From the IMG/VR virus record IMGVR_UViG_3300020045_015253, positions 1 through 47,702 of that record: a stretch of DNA of 47,702 bases. The stretch is one strand, 5' to 3'. Shown here piece by piece: positions 28,990 through 37,776 of this stretch. Each line of letters opens with the position of its first letter. Within the stretch, counting starts at the first letter, position 1. Position numbers and translations under genes: made by a program. Source of the stretch: a virus. Its lineage: Duplodnaviria; Caudoviricetes. The notes under the pieces were generated by a model. That model searched no databases and was not told the origin of the DNA. It worked only from the letters and a program-made list of their open reading frames with translations.

Positions 28990-29570
28990 AATGTCTTAGT
29001 AAATTCTGTTAAAGTTCTTAAGGCATCCATATTAACACCAGGTTTTAGTTGATGTTTAGTAATATTATAGAACTTCTTTAAAAGTCCCATTGGTGCACTT
29101 ATACTATTGCAGTAATAAGTTATAGCTTCAGGTGTCTTTAGAATTTCACCATCATCGGTAACTGGGTATTTGCCATCTGTTTTTAAGACAACATAATCCA
29201 TAACGTATACATCACGAAATATACCCCACATTATAGCTGCGCGTTTGAAAGCATCAGATGATTCACCTTTTATAGCTTCAATATCAGACTCAGTACCAAC
29301 ATCTGCTTTGTAAACCCATCCTTCGTTTTCAACATTAATACCAATAGCCATATAAAGTTTGCCATTAATATTTCTTGGTTCATTAGTCCAGTTTGATGGG
29401 CCTATGATAGAATCTAATACGTTTTGAACATCACGAGCATCCTGATATGGAACTATTCTTGCAATGCCACCTTTCATGGTTAAAATTCTCCACCTAACAT
29501 CTATTCCAAATTCTTTGCGAATTGAAACATTGTCTTGTAGCCTCTGTATAGCTTCAGTATTTACACTCAT
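28986..29570 (-). CDS. Rad52/Sak-like single-strand annealing protein
   Basis: YQDARDVQNVLD..IG..NW, KADVG and KGESSDAFKRAA..WGI motifs. Confidence 0.85.
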   Translation of the reverse strand: MSVNTEAIQRLQDNVSIRKEFGIDVRWRILTMKGGIARIVPYQDARDVQNVLDSIIGPSNWTNEPRNINGKLYMAIGINVENEGWVYKADVGTESDIEAIKGESSDAFKRAAIMWGIFRDVYVMDYVVLKTDGKYPVTDDGEILKTPEAITYYCNSISAPMGLLKKFYNITKHQLKPGVNMDALRTLTEFTKTL

Positions 29571-29582
29571 TTTTATAAGATG

Positions 29583-29612
29583 AAAAAGGAGAGCAGAACT
29601 AGTCCGCTCCCC
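29583..29612 (-). terminator. Intrinsic terminator
   Basis: GGGGAGCGGA CTAGT TCTGCTCTCC TTTTT on the minus strand. Confidence 0.7.
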
Positions 29613-29636
29613 TAATTTAGATGAAATATAACAGAA

Positions 29637-30422
29637 TTACTCAGTAGTAGTTTCCTGTGCAACGGTTCCTTCAATAGCGGCTTTACGTTTAGCCATATAT
29701 TCTTCAACAAACTTTGCGTTTGCTAAACCTTGGTTAATACGCCATGCAGTATCGCAAACAAATTTGATACCATAACCGGTTGCTTTTGCAATTTCAGGGT
29801 TAGTAAATCCCTGTGCCATAAGTTCGCGAATTTCAGATGTTTTTGTTGTTTTACCGGCTTTACTTGTTCCAAGGTTAACATCTGGGTTTGCTTTCAAAGC
29901 CTCAGCAATAGCTGCAACGCGAACATTTTCTTCTTCTTTTTTAATCCTTACGGCTTCCAATTTTGACTGGAAGATAGCTTCTTTTTCAGCAGCTTTTTCA
30001 GCACGAAGTTTTTCGTTTGCTTCTTTTTGAGCGGCAATTTGTTCAGCTGAAGCAGTTTTCATTTCAACTTTTTCAGCAGCTTTTTTCATTTTTGCTTCAA
30101 GAGCAGCAGCACGTTCAATTTCACGTTTTTTAGCAGCTTCAGCACGGTCTTCAAGTAACTTTGCTTTCTGTACTTCTTTTTCCAAACGAGCAGCTTCACG
30201 TTCTGCACGGCGGGTTTCAACGTCAGAGTTTACTTCTTCGCTAACTTCTTTTTCAGCAGCTACACCTGGAATTTCACGCAGGTGTTCATTTCTTTTAATT
30301 TTTGCGGCAAGTACTGTTTCAGCAAGAACCTTATCTTCGCCATCAAGTTCTTTTGCATACTCTGTCAACTGTGATACACTCATAGCTTTCAAATCTTCAA
30401 CTTTCAATTTTTCTTCAGACAT
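29637..30422 (-). CDS. Long A/E/K coiled-coil protein with C-terminal HTH
   Basis: KTSEIRELMAQGFTNPEIAKATGY HTH; related to the 36312 and 37777 proteins. Confidence 0.75.
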   Translation of the reverse strand: MSEEKLKVEDLKAMSVSQLTEYAKELDGEDKVLAETVLAAKIKRNEHLREIPGVAAEKEVSEEVNSDVETRRAEREAARLEKEVQKAKLLEDRAEAAKKREIERAAALEAKMKKAAEKVEMKTASAEQIAAQKEANEKLRAEKAAEKEAIFQSKLEAVRIKKEEENVRVAAIAEALKANPDVNLGTSKAGKTTKTSEIRELMAQGFTNPEIAKATGYGIKFVCDTAWRINQGLANAKFVEEYMAKRKAAIEGTVAQETTTE

Positions 30423-30448
30423 AACTTTTTTTTTTAAAATTAAACTTA

Positions 30449-30688
30449 TTATTTTTTAAGTAACTCATTGAGTTGTTTTTTTATTCTGCGTGCATCATCT
30501 CCACGCCATGTTTGGGCATTTGAAAGAAAATATGCGACTATACTTGATGCATCATCTGCATAATATTTATCGCTAATCTTCTCAATAGTCATCATTGCAT
30601 CTAAATAAGTAACTGCTGTAAAATTTACATTTTTCCAGGTTTTCTTTATTTCAACTGCAATTTCACGTATAGTTTTTTCCTTAGGCAT
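30449..30688 (-). CDS. Conserved phage early protein of unknown function
   Basis: IA.EI...W...YL.AM...YFLSNA..WRG..ARRIK pattern recalled from diverse phages. Confidence 0.7.
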   Translation of the reverse strand: MPKEKTIREIAVEIKKTWKNVNFTAVTYLDAMMTIEKISDKYYADDASSIVAYFLSNAQTWRGDDARRIKKQLNELLKK

Positions 30689-30727
30689 AACAGTGTAAAT
30701 TTAAGAAAAAATTTTGAATAAAAAAAC

Positions 30728-30741
30728 ATGTTTTACAACAT
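30728..30741. promoter_or_regulatory. Palindromic operator ATGTT-N4-AACAT
   Basis: ATGTTTTACAACAT upstream of the 79-aa gene; matches sites at 33477 and 37251. Confidence 0.55.
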
Positions 30742-30753
30742 ATTTTTAACAAA

Positions 30754-31074
30754 TTAAAAAGGCTTATCCTTTTCATCTTTTAGCTTACTCCAAAATCCGT
30801 CTGATAACCTGCTAGAGTTGTCAATCACTTTTTCAATTTCGTCAAATTGACTTTCAATTGAAGCGATAATTTCAGCTTTAATTTCTTTAAGCTTTGTGTC
30901 AGTTGTACTAACTAAATTTTTTTCAACTCTAATCTTAGCTAAGTCATTACTTGACTCATAGTTCCCATCTAGTCTTGCACCAAGTTTTAACTCAATGTCT
31001 ACTTTCAACTCAAGCATACGCGGCTTTGGTGCTGTTTGCTCAGTAAATAAATTACTTCTACTTTTTAAATTCAT
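30754..31074 (-). CDS. Hypothetical protein
   Basis: ATG at 31074 preferred (overlaps the upstream stop). Confidence 0.55.
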   Translation of the reverse strand: MNLKSRSNLFTEQTAPKPRMLELKVDIELKLGARLDGNYESSNDLAKIRVEKNLVSTTDTKLKEIKAEIIASIESQFDEIEKVIDNSSRLSDGFWSKLKDEKDKPF

Positions 31075-31498
31075 AATTTTCAAGATTAAAATTTTTATAA
31101 TATGTAAACTGAATAAGTCCAGTTTCACTATTAAGCTTATACCCAACTTTATGTTCAGGTAATGTATCAAAAATAATAAAACCTTCTTTAATTTCAATAA
31201 ATTTTAGTGGAGTTAACTCATCCATATCTTCAACATCTGCATACCATTTGCCAGATATTAAATCATCAGCTAATACGGTTTTAAACTTTGCTTGTTCATA
31301 CTCCAATTGTTTTTGTTCCCAAAATAAAGTTCCTTGTTCAGTATAAGAATATACAAAAGCCTGTCCTAAAGAAATTACATTAATATTTTTGGCATTTAAT
31401 TCATTATAACTCCAGTAACTTTTTTTGAATGCGTAATCATACAAATTATCATTAAGTAACAGTAACTTTAAATGTGGTGCAAATTTTAGATTTAGCAT
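31058..31498 (-). CDS. Hypothetical protein
   Basis: ORF in the early operon. Confidence 0.55.
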   Translation of the reverse strand: MLNLKFAPHLKLLLLNDNLYDYAFKKSYWSYNELNAKNINVISLGQAFVYSYTEQGTLFWEQKQLEYEQAKFKTVLADDLISGKWYADVEDMDELTPLKFIEIKEGFIIFDTLPEHKVGYKLNSETGLIQFTYYKNFNLENYEFKK

Positions 31499-31760
31499 TT
31501 CTTATATTTTTCATACAGTTTTCTAATAACATTTTTTGTGTAGTCTCAAGTGTTTGTTTACATACCATTTCTGTTGGAATAAACATTCTTAGAGCATAAA
31601 CAGAGAAAGTCTTACCATGAGCTACATTGTTTGGCGATAGCTTACTAGCTAAACTTTTAGGTACATTAAGTGAGACACGAAGCCACAAGCCATTAGAGTC
31701 AAACTCTAAGCTTGTGTTTTCATGCCATGGACTATTTTTTACTTTAATACAGTTTAGCAT
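31452..31760 (-). CDS. Hypothetical protein
   Basis: ATG at 31760 preferred. Confidence 0.5.
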   Translation of the reverse strand: MLNCIKVKNSPWHENTSLEFDSNGLWLRVSLNVPKSLASKLSPNNVAHGKTFSVYALRMFIPTEMVCKQTLETTQKMLLENCMKNIRNAKSKICTTFKVTVT

Positions 31761-32148
31761 ACGGTTTAAGAAGGTCGTTAATATCATTTTCATCAAGTTC
31801 GCCTTCAATTACCCACATAATCATAACTGTAGATAAATCATCTTTTGTTGCAGGTTGCATTCCTTCTGCAATACATTGCTCATCAGTCCAGGTTCCATTG
31901 TGGTCATTGTTTGCACAGATTTTAATCATGTCTTCACGAGTAACACTTTTTAAAGTGTACAACAAGCGGCATTTTAAACAACCTGGCTCAGTTACATTCA
32001 TCTCTGCTGCCCAGTTGGTTGCTAACATTGGTACGCCACAAAGAGTGCTGCTGTTAAACCCAACTTCACATATGTGAACTGAGTCTGTCCAGACAGCACC
32101 TTTGTTTCCGTACAACATATGACAACTATCAAGAAAAGTCTGTTTCAT
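31744..32148 (-). CDS. Hypothetical protein (possible Zn-binding N-terminal domain)
   Basis: H..., LCG and CLKC residues. Confidence 0.6.
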   Translation of the reverse strand: MKQTFLDSCHMLYGNKGAVWTDSVHICEVGFNSSTLCGVPMLATNWAAEMNVTEPGCLKCRLLYTLKSVTREDMIKICANNDHNGTWTDEQCIAEGMQPATKDDLSTVMIMWVIEGELDENDINDLLKPYAKLY

Positions 32149-32405
32149 AATTCTTCTTGTTTAAGAAGTTCATCTGCACATTCATAAGATACACCAACTA
32201 ATTGTTCAGTTGTTAATCCATTTAGATTATTAGTTAGTAAAGAACACATAGCATCTTTTGCTATAAGTAAGCGTTTTGACATGCCATTTTTAAATGGTAA
32301 GAATAATTTACGTCCAGTAGTAACGTCTTCAATAACTACTGTATTACCATAGCCTGATTCGTTATGTTCAAAAAATGGAAATGCAGGTTCTTGTCCTTGT
32401 TTCAT
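32145..32405 (-). CDS. Conserved phage early protein (PAFP...GMSKR...AM...AD family)
   Basis: Motif pattern common in phage early regions; function unknown. Confidence 0.65.
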   Translation of the reverse strand: MKQGQEPAFPFFEHNESGYGNTVVIEDVTTGRKLFLPFKNGMSKRLLIAKDAMCSLLTNNLNGLTTEQLVGVSYECADELLKQEEL

Positions 32406-32704
32406 CTTGCGGCAATTTTTGTAGCGGTTTTTACAACTTTCATGTCACGTAGTTGTTTGCCTTTTTCAGTCAGTGTAGATGGTTCTAGTGATGAATATAA
32501 ATCACCACACCATTTTCCTTCTACACATGGAGCGCCACCTACTTTACGGTTTTTATAGAAGCAACCAAAACATGTTGGTCTTAAATCTCCTTTTTGTGGG
32601 TCATGTTTTACTATATTGAATACACCGTGAGGAGTAACTACTTTTTCACTTGGCCTGTACATTACTTTAAAAATGTAGCCTTCATTTTCTTTTCCTTCTT
32701 TCAT
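32402..32704 (-). CDS. Hypothetical Cys-containing protein
   Basis: CFGC...C...C. Confidence 0.55.
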   Translation of the reverse strand: MKEGKENEGYIFKVMYRPSEKVVTPHGVFNIVKHDPQKGDLRPTCFGCFYKNRKVGGAPCVEGKWCGDLYSSLEPSTLTEKGKQLRDMKVVKTATKIAAR

Positions 32705-32709
32705 GTTAT

Positions 32710-32958
32710 TTACTTTACTTTAATGTTGTACTTTCTTAATATTATTTCTTCATAAGCATCAAACTGCTCACTAATAAATTTGTATCTATTAATAAATGAT
32801 TTGTACTTCTGAGCTCCATGTGTAACTCTTGCTACAATTACATTTTGTTCAACTGAGCGTAAGTCTTTACCACATATATTAGATACTGCAGTTGCAATAT
32901 CTTTTATCTTTTTGTTTATACTCAAAGAATCTTCTTTCATATTAAAGGTTTGCTTCAA
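32710..32958 (-). CDS. Hypothetical protein
   Basis: ORF in the early operon. Confidence 0.5.
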   Translation of the reverse strand: MKQTFNMKEDSLSINKKIKDIATAVSNICGKDLRSVEQNVIVARVTHGAQKYKSFINRYKFISEQFDAYEEIILRKYNIKVK

Positions 32959-33382
32959 TTAGGTTTTCAATAAACTCTTTATTACCAGGTTCTTGAGTAT
33001 CCCACTCAATAACAACTTTATATGAGCGGTTTTCATAAGAACCAGTTTCATAGTATCCACCTTCATGTGTGATGCCTTTAGTATATTCAGTTACTTCCCA
33101 CATGTGTGCATCTTTTATAATAAGTACTTTATAACCAGTACTTGGTTTGAATGCTATCTTAGCCCAGTAGTCGCTTTGATAACCTACACCCCAGATTTCT
33201 TTTGGGTCATGAATCACAGTACCAATTAATACTTTCGCTTCATTTCCATTAACAGTTAGAGTATTAACAATGGTGCTTTCATCGCTGCCGAATTTAAGCT
33301 CAGCTTCACCTGTCACTTCAATTACGAAGTCAAGATTAATGTTTTTCCAATAAGTTTTAGTTGTCTTTTCTTTTTGTGCCAT
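32942..33382 (-). CDS. Hypothetical protein, first gene of the main early operon
   Basis: Downstream of a consensus promoter. Confidence 0.65.
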   Translation of the reverse strand: MAQKEKTTKTYWKNINLDFVIEVTGEAELKFGSDESTIVNTLTVNGNEAKVLIGTVIHDPKEIWGVGYQSDYWAKIAFKPSTGYKVLIIKDAHMWEVTEYTKGITHEGGYYETGSYENRSYKVVIEWDTQEPGNKEFIENLIEANL

Positions 33383-33435
33383 GTCATTTACTTTTTTTTA
33401 TAGTTGTACTTGAGTTATATCCTGAACCCATTATA

Positions 33436-33490
33436 CAAATATACAAAAAATATCAATAGGTATTATTTTACTGCATATGTTATAAAACAT
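33436..33490 (-). promoter_or_regulatory. Early promoter (-7 TATATTTG) with upstream operator ATGTTATAAAACAT
   Basis: TAnnTTTG at 33436-33443; the 35-bp block 33456-33490 is 30/35 identical to 37230-37264. Confidence 0.65.
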
Positions 33491-33636
33491 CATAAAAAAC
33501 AAGCCAAAAAGATAAAAACTCTTAAGCACTTCACCTTTATATGCAGCTCATAATGATTATGAATAACGCTCTAAAAACTGGATATTCAAACATTTGAACC
33601 GAAAGTTCAGAAATCAGAGTGCTCGAGATTTGCGAA

Positions 33637-33913
33637 AGTGCTCATAAATATGCAATAATGCTCGTATATTTATGCACAAGCACTCCATAAAGCCTTGTAA
33701 ATCAATTAATTACAATGAATAATGCTCGAGTGCTTTAAAATTTACGAAAAGTCAAATAAATGGTAAAATTTAACATAATATTATATTGTAATATATATAA
33801 AAAAGAAAATATTCGAGCATTCAAGCACTTTTGACCCTAATTGATTGATATTCAATTAGTTATGGAGTGCTTTAACATTTTTTAACGCGCATTATTTTGA
33901 TATTTCGAGCACC
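33637..33913. repeat. Imperfect inverted repeat (about 100-bp arms) around an AT-rich core; candidate origin or packaging site
   Basis: AAGCACTCCATAA/TTATGGAGTGCTT exact pair, many (G/A)TGCT(C) half-sites, and WATCAANNNNTTR in each arm. Confidence 0.7.
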
Positions 33914-34120
33914 ATTATTTGTAACTCCCTGATTTCCATTGCATTATGGAAAAAATCTCAAGCACTGTGGTGCGCTCTACTAATTGTAATGTGAATAAAA
34001 GCTAAAATATTCATACTGCTGAAATAAAGTCTAATGCAGGGCATGTATTTATCGTTTTTTTTCCTATCTTTATATCACGAAACTGTGGATATTCCGCAAT
34101 AAAAACTTAATATTATATTT

Positions 34121-34684
34121 ATGAGAGAACCAGTTGAAATAAGAGAACCAGGTGAAGCTAAGTTTGGCCCTAGAAAGGGTAATGGTGGCCAACTTCCTGG
34201 TACTAACTATTGGGCTTTAAGAAAAGTTGAAAATGATGGGCAAATAGCCATCTATACTCCACATGAACTTTTAGATAAGTTTGAAGAGTATTCTGAGTAT
34301 GTAAATGGTAATCCACTTAAAGAGGCAGTGTTATTGCAAAAGACTGGGAGTATTATGGATGTTCCTAAAATGAGAGCTATGAGTATTAAAGCTTTCTGTC
34401 TTTATTCTGGTATAGGTCATTCTACCTTCTTGGGATATGAGAAACGACATGGATATATTAATATTTGCGCTGCAATTAAAGACGCAATATACTGCCAAAA
34501 GTTCGAGGGCGCAGCAGCAGGGCTCTTGAATGCAAACTTAATTAGCAGAGATCTAGGTTTGCACGACTCAGTTCTCCATACAGTAAATGATGAACGTAAA
34601 TCAGTGGATGAGCTTTTCCCAAAGCAAAGTGAGTTTGATGAGATTGAGATAGTGCAAACAAAGGAATTGCCTTATGGAGAATGA
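34121..34684 (+). CDS. terS: Terminase small subunit (P22 gp3-like)
   Basis: TPHELLDKFEEY...NPL, RAMSI..FC and QKFEGAAAGLLNANLISRDLGL motifs. Confidence 0.88.
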   Translation: MREPVEIREPGEAKFGPRKGNGGQLPGTNYWALRKVENDGQIAIYTPHELLDKFEEYSEYVNGNPLKEAVLLQKTGSIMDVPKMRAMSIKAFCLYSGIGHSTFLGYEKRHGYINICAAIKDAIYCQKFEGAAAGLLNANLISRDLGLHDSVLHTVNDERKSVDELFPKQSEFDEIEIVQTKELPYGE

Positions 34685-35867
34685 GAAAACTACCAACTTG
34701 ACTAGGAAGATTAACAAAAATCTCACATTCTTAATCCAAGCTGAACAGGCACCTGACATTCGGGGAGCATTATTAGAGGGTTCTTCTCGCTCTGGCAAGA
34801 CTATAGCAGGAGTTGACTTTTGTGTCTTTATTGGTGCGCGGATTGGAACTGGCTTCACAATTAACATACTTAAGGAGACTTATAACAGCTTTAAAACTAC
34901 GTTATATGATGACTTCAATAAACGGTTAATAGCATTCGGTATCCCGTCGCCGTTCGAGAGGAGCAAAGAAGTAATAACATTTAATCTTTTAGGCAATAAG
35001 ATTAACTTTATTGGTGCAGATAAAGAATCTAAGTTCCTTGGTGCGTCTTGCGACTTTCTATGGATGAATGAAATGCTAGATATTGATAACTCTATCTTCG
35101 ACCAGTCGGAAATGAGGTGTCGTCGATTCTTCTGGGGAGACTATAACCCAAAGGTTACTGAGCATTGGGTCTACAATAAAGTAATGAAGCGCGACGATGT
35201 GCGTTGGTTACACTCTACTTTTAAAGATAATCCTTTTATATCTGATGTTGAAAGAAATAAGATACTTAGTTATGAGCCTACTACGCGTAACCTGGAGCAA
35301 GGAACAGTTGATGAGTACAAATGGAAAGTTTATGGCCTTGGTATTCGTGCTGCAATGGAAGGACTTATCTTTAAGAAAGTCACCTGGATTGATGAATTTC
35401 CAGAAGACTGCGAATATGAGACTTATGGTCTGGATTTTGGTTATACTCAAGACCCTAGCGTTTTAACCAGGTGTGGAGTGAAAGGAAGGAACTTATACTT
35501 AAAGAAAGAGTTTTACACTCCTGTTGATAATCCTGCTGACTTAGGTGAAATTATTTGGGCTAAACTTCCTGAAGGAAAACATATTTGGTGTGACTCTGCT
35601 GACCCAGGTATGATTGCTGACTTAAAACATCAAGGTATTCCTGCCTACGGTGTCTACAAGTTTCACGGGTCAATAGTTTATGGTATAAACCTGATGAATA
35701 AGTTCAATATTCACCTGGTACGCGACCCCGACGTGCGCAAAGAGCAAGAGAACTATAAATACAAAGAAATTCAAGGTATTAAACTGAATGAGCCAATAGA
35801 TGACTACAACCACTTTTGGGATTCTGCCAGGTATGGTGTACTAAGTGAGTTTAGATACTTAATATAA
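34674..35867 (+). CDS. terL: Terminase large subunit (PBSX-like)
   Basis: GSSRSGKT Walker A, WMNE, DYNP, STFKDNPF, GLDFGY..DP, DSADP and NHFWDSARY motifs. Confidence 0.95.
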   Translation: MENEKTTNLTRKINKNLTFLIQAEQAPDIRGALLEGSSRSGKTIAGVDFCVFIGARIGTGFTINILKETYNSFKTTLYDDFNKRLIAFGIPSPFERSKEVITFNLLGNKINFIGADKESKFLGASCDFLWMNEMLDIDNSIFDQSEMRCRRFFWGDYNPKVTEHWVYNKVMKRDDVRWLHSTFKDNPFISDVERNKILSYEPTTRNLEQGTVDEYKWKVYGLGIRAAMEGLIFKKVTWIDEFPEDCEYETYGLDFGYTQDPSVLTRCGVKGRNLYLKKEFYTPVDNPADLGEIIWAKLPEGKHIWCDSADPGMIADLKHQGIPAYGVYKFHGSIVYGINLMNKFNIHLVRDPDVRKEQENYKYKEIQGIKLNEPIDDYNHFWDSARYGVLSEFRYLI

Positions 35868-35909
35868 AGAAAAAGCCGAGTCTTATGAACCCGGCTTCTC
35901 TTTTCTTTT
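35866..35909. terminator. Bidirectional terminator between terL and the antisense cassette
   Basis: A-run, AAGCCGAGT...ACCCGGCTT stem, T-rich tail. Confidence 0.65.
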
Positions 35910-35917
35910 GTTTATAC

Positions 35918-36019
35918 TCACATAAACAACCAGAGCATTATCTTCACAGATAGTAGCGTTACTAATATTAGCACTGCATAAAAGAATAGTTTTTTGTACT
36001 CAGTATTTATAGTTTTCAT
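35918..36019 (-). CDS. 33-aa membrane peptide (not in ORF track)
   Basis: MKTINTEYKKLFFYAVLILVTLLSVKIMLWLFM; ATGA-coupled to the upstream ORF. Confidence 0.45.
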   Translation of the reverse strand: MKTINTEYKKLFFYAVLILVTLLSVKIMLWLFM

Positions 36020-36192
36020 AACTGTTCTTTTAAGAGTGGATTGATACTATTTACTCCAAGACTAACTTCTCCGCCCTGGCGGATTACTTTGTTTGCAAGT
36101 GCAAAACCTTTCTCAGTTAGAACGCTTTTCATTTCTTCTTTAGTGAGTGTAAGTTCTACTCCAGCTAAAGTGACTTTATATTCTTTTGACAT
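36016..36192 (-). CDS. 58-aa hypothetical protein (not in ORF track)
   Basis: MSKEYKVTLAGVELTLTKEEMK...LKEQL; typical codon usage. Confidence 0.6.
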   Translation of the reverse strand: MSKEYKVTLAGVELTLTKEEMKSVLTEKGFALANKVIRQGGEVSLGVNSINPLLKEQL

Positions 36193-36194
36193 AA

Positions 36195-36254
36195 TTACTT
36201 TCTTTTTTTAGCTAATATTAGCAAGATTAATAGTAATAAAAATAATAGTTCCAT
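36195..36254 (-). CDS. 19-aa hydrophobic micropeptide (not in ORF track)
   Basis: MELLFLLLLILLILAKKRK; stop lies 2 nt before the next ATG. Confidence 0.35.
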   Translation of the reverse strand: MELLFLLLLILLILAKKRK

Positions 36255-36265
36255 ATTTAATAGTT

Positions 36266-36299
36266 AAAAAAAAAGTAGTAGCATATGCCACTACTTTTT
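36266..36299 (-). terminator. Intrinsic terminator after the 160-aa HTH gene
   Basis: AAAAAGTAGTGGC ATAT GCTACTACTTTTTTTTT on the minus strand. Confidence 0.65.
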
Positions 36300-36311
36300 C
36301 TAGTTTAGTAA

Positions 36312-36794
36312 CTACCTGATTCCAAGTCTCTTTTCAATCAACCAGATTCTGTCTGAAATTGACTTTCTTGTCCAGCCTGTTTCTACAGCTATGTCATCAA
36401 GTGATTTACCATCTAACAACATAGTTTTAATTTTCTCTGTCATATTGACTTTGGCATCCTGTTCGAGTTTTGCTAAAGCTTCAGCCATCTTAGTAGCGCG
36501 GTCTTTAGCTTCTGTTCTTTTGATTTCTGCTTTTTGAGCAGTTTCAAGTTCTTTGAGTGCTTTAGCTTCTTCTTTAAGAGCTTTCATAGCAGCTGCCATT
36601 TGTTCTTTCTTCTCAGTCATTTCCTTGGCTGCTTTTTGCAGTTCTGCCTTCAAAGACTCCAAAGTAACTGCAACCTTTGGTTCTACAACTTCAGTAGTTT
36701 CAACTACTTCTATTGTTGATTCTACACTTGTAGTTTTTTCAACTACGTTTTCAACTTGTGCTGCAACTACAGCTTCTTTTCTTGAATTTTTCAT
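36312..36794 (-). CDS. Coiled-coil + C-terminal HTH protein (paralog 1)
   Basis: KVNMTEKIKTMLLDGKSLDDIAVETGWTRKSISDRIWLIEKRLGIR. Confidence 0.8.
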   Translation of the reverse strand: MKNSRKEAVVAAQVENVVEKTTSVESTIEVVETTEVVEPKVAVTLESLKAELQKAAKEMTEKKEQMAAAMKALKEEAKALKELETAQKAEIKRTEAKDRATKMAEALAKLEQDAKVNMTEKIKTMLLDGKSLDDIAVETGWTRKSISDRIWLIEKRLGIR

Positions 36795-36833
36795 TGTACT
36801 AAGAATTTAAGATTATTAATAAAACTAAAGACA

Positions 36834-36861
36834 AATAGCTACTGTTATAACAGTAGCTATT
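36834..36861. repeat. Perfect 28-bp palindrome
   Basis: AATAGCTACTGTTATAACAGTAGCTATT. Confidence 0.9.
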
Positions 36862-36910
36862 AAAATTGTAACTTTAAGTTGTAAATTTCTTTATTTCATT
36901 ATACTATTTT

Positions 36911-37165
36911 TTAAAAGTTTAATAATAAATATTTGTTTTGTTCTTTTAGTATAGAAACAATTTTAGTTTGTGTATTTTTCTTTAAACTAGTAGCTACTTT
37001 TAATTCAGATTTACTTTCTTTTTCTTCAATTATTCCATCAAATTCATCTGCATATAGTTCAATAACTCTATCAAGAAAAGATATTAAATTTCTTGATTCA
37101 TTTAAACTTAATTCAATAGAAATTTTACTTTCTTTTTTTTCTTGTTTTAAAATTCTTGATTTCAT
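36911..37165 (-). CDS. Hypothetical protein
   Basis: First gene after the promoter at about 37210. Confidence 0.55.
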   Translation of the reverse strand: MKSRILKQEKKESKISIELSLNESRNLISFLDRVIELYADEFDGIIEEKESKSELKVATSLKKNTQTKIVSILKEQNKYLLLNF

Positions 37166-37209
37166 AGTTAAACTTGTTTTTGTAGTTATTTTTTAACTTT
37201 CTTATAATA

Positions 37210-37264
37210 TAAAGATAATAAAAAAAACGATAGGTATTACAAAACTGCATATGTTATACAACAT
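37210..37264 (-). promoter_or_regulatory. Early promoter (-7 TATCTTTA, -33 TTTG) with operator ATGTTATACAACAT
   Basis: Near-copy of the 33436-33490 promoter, with the same 34-nt offset between the -7 element and the operator. Confidence 0.6.
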
Positions 37265-37477
37265 TCTTTATACTTAGTAGTATTTTGTGTAAAAAATGTA
37301 TACTAAATAACATAGTTTACATATGTTCAATACAATACTCTATAAATACAGTGTGTGTGTGACACACCATGGTAAACCGTACATTGTCAGAAAACTTGAG
37401 TCACCCCCCCTAAGAATCTGTTCACTCTTTAAAAAACTAAGGAAACTTAATTCCTTAGTTAATTATTTTTTTTCATT

Positions 37478-37717
37478 TTATTCAGTTTTAGCATATTCTA
37501 TTAGAACTGTAACTGGATAACCTTGTATTCCAATAAAACTTAAGTGAAATCTAACTACCATATCAAGTTTATTTTCATCATCTATTTCACTTATTGTTTC
37601 TTTAATTGCAGCAATAACTTTTTCAAATGAATCGTTTAAATAAAATCTGCAATCTTCGATAGCTTTGTTATATCGTTCAGTTTCTGCTAATTTTGAGTAA
37701 TCTACTGTATGTGACAT
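37478..37717 (-). CDS. Hypothetical acidic protein
   Basis: ORF in the antisense cassette. Confidence 0.6.
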   Translation of the reverse strand: MSHTVDYSKLAETERYNKAIEDCRFYLNDSFEKVIAAIKETISEIDDENKLDMVVRFHLSFIGIQGYPVTVLIEYAKTE

Positions 37718-37776
37718 GATTTTTAATTTTTGATTGTTACTACTAATTTAGTGATATTGAGGGTTAACATAGTGAA

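Noticed and set aside
33520-33970. CRISPR array
   Set aside because: Repeats are short, degenerate, inverted and irregularly spaced; no cas genes.
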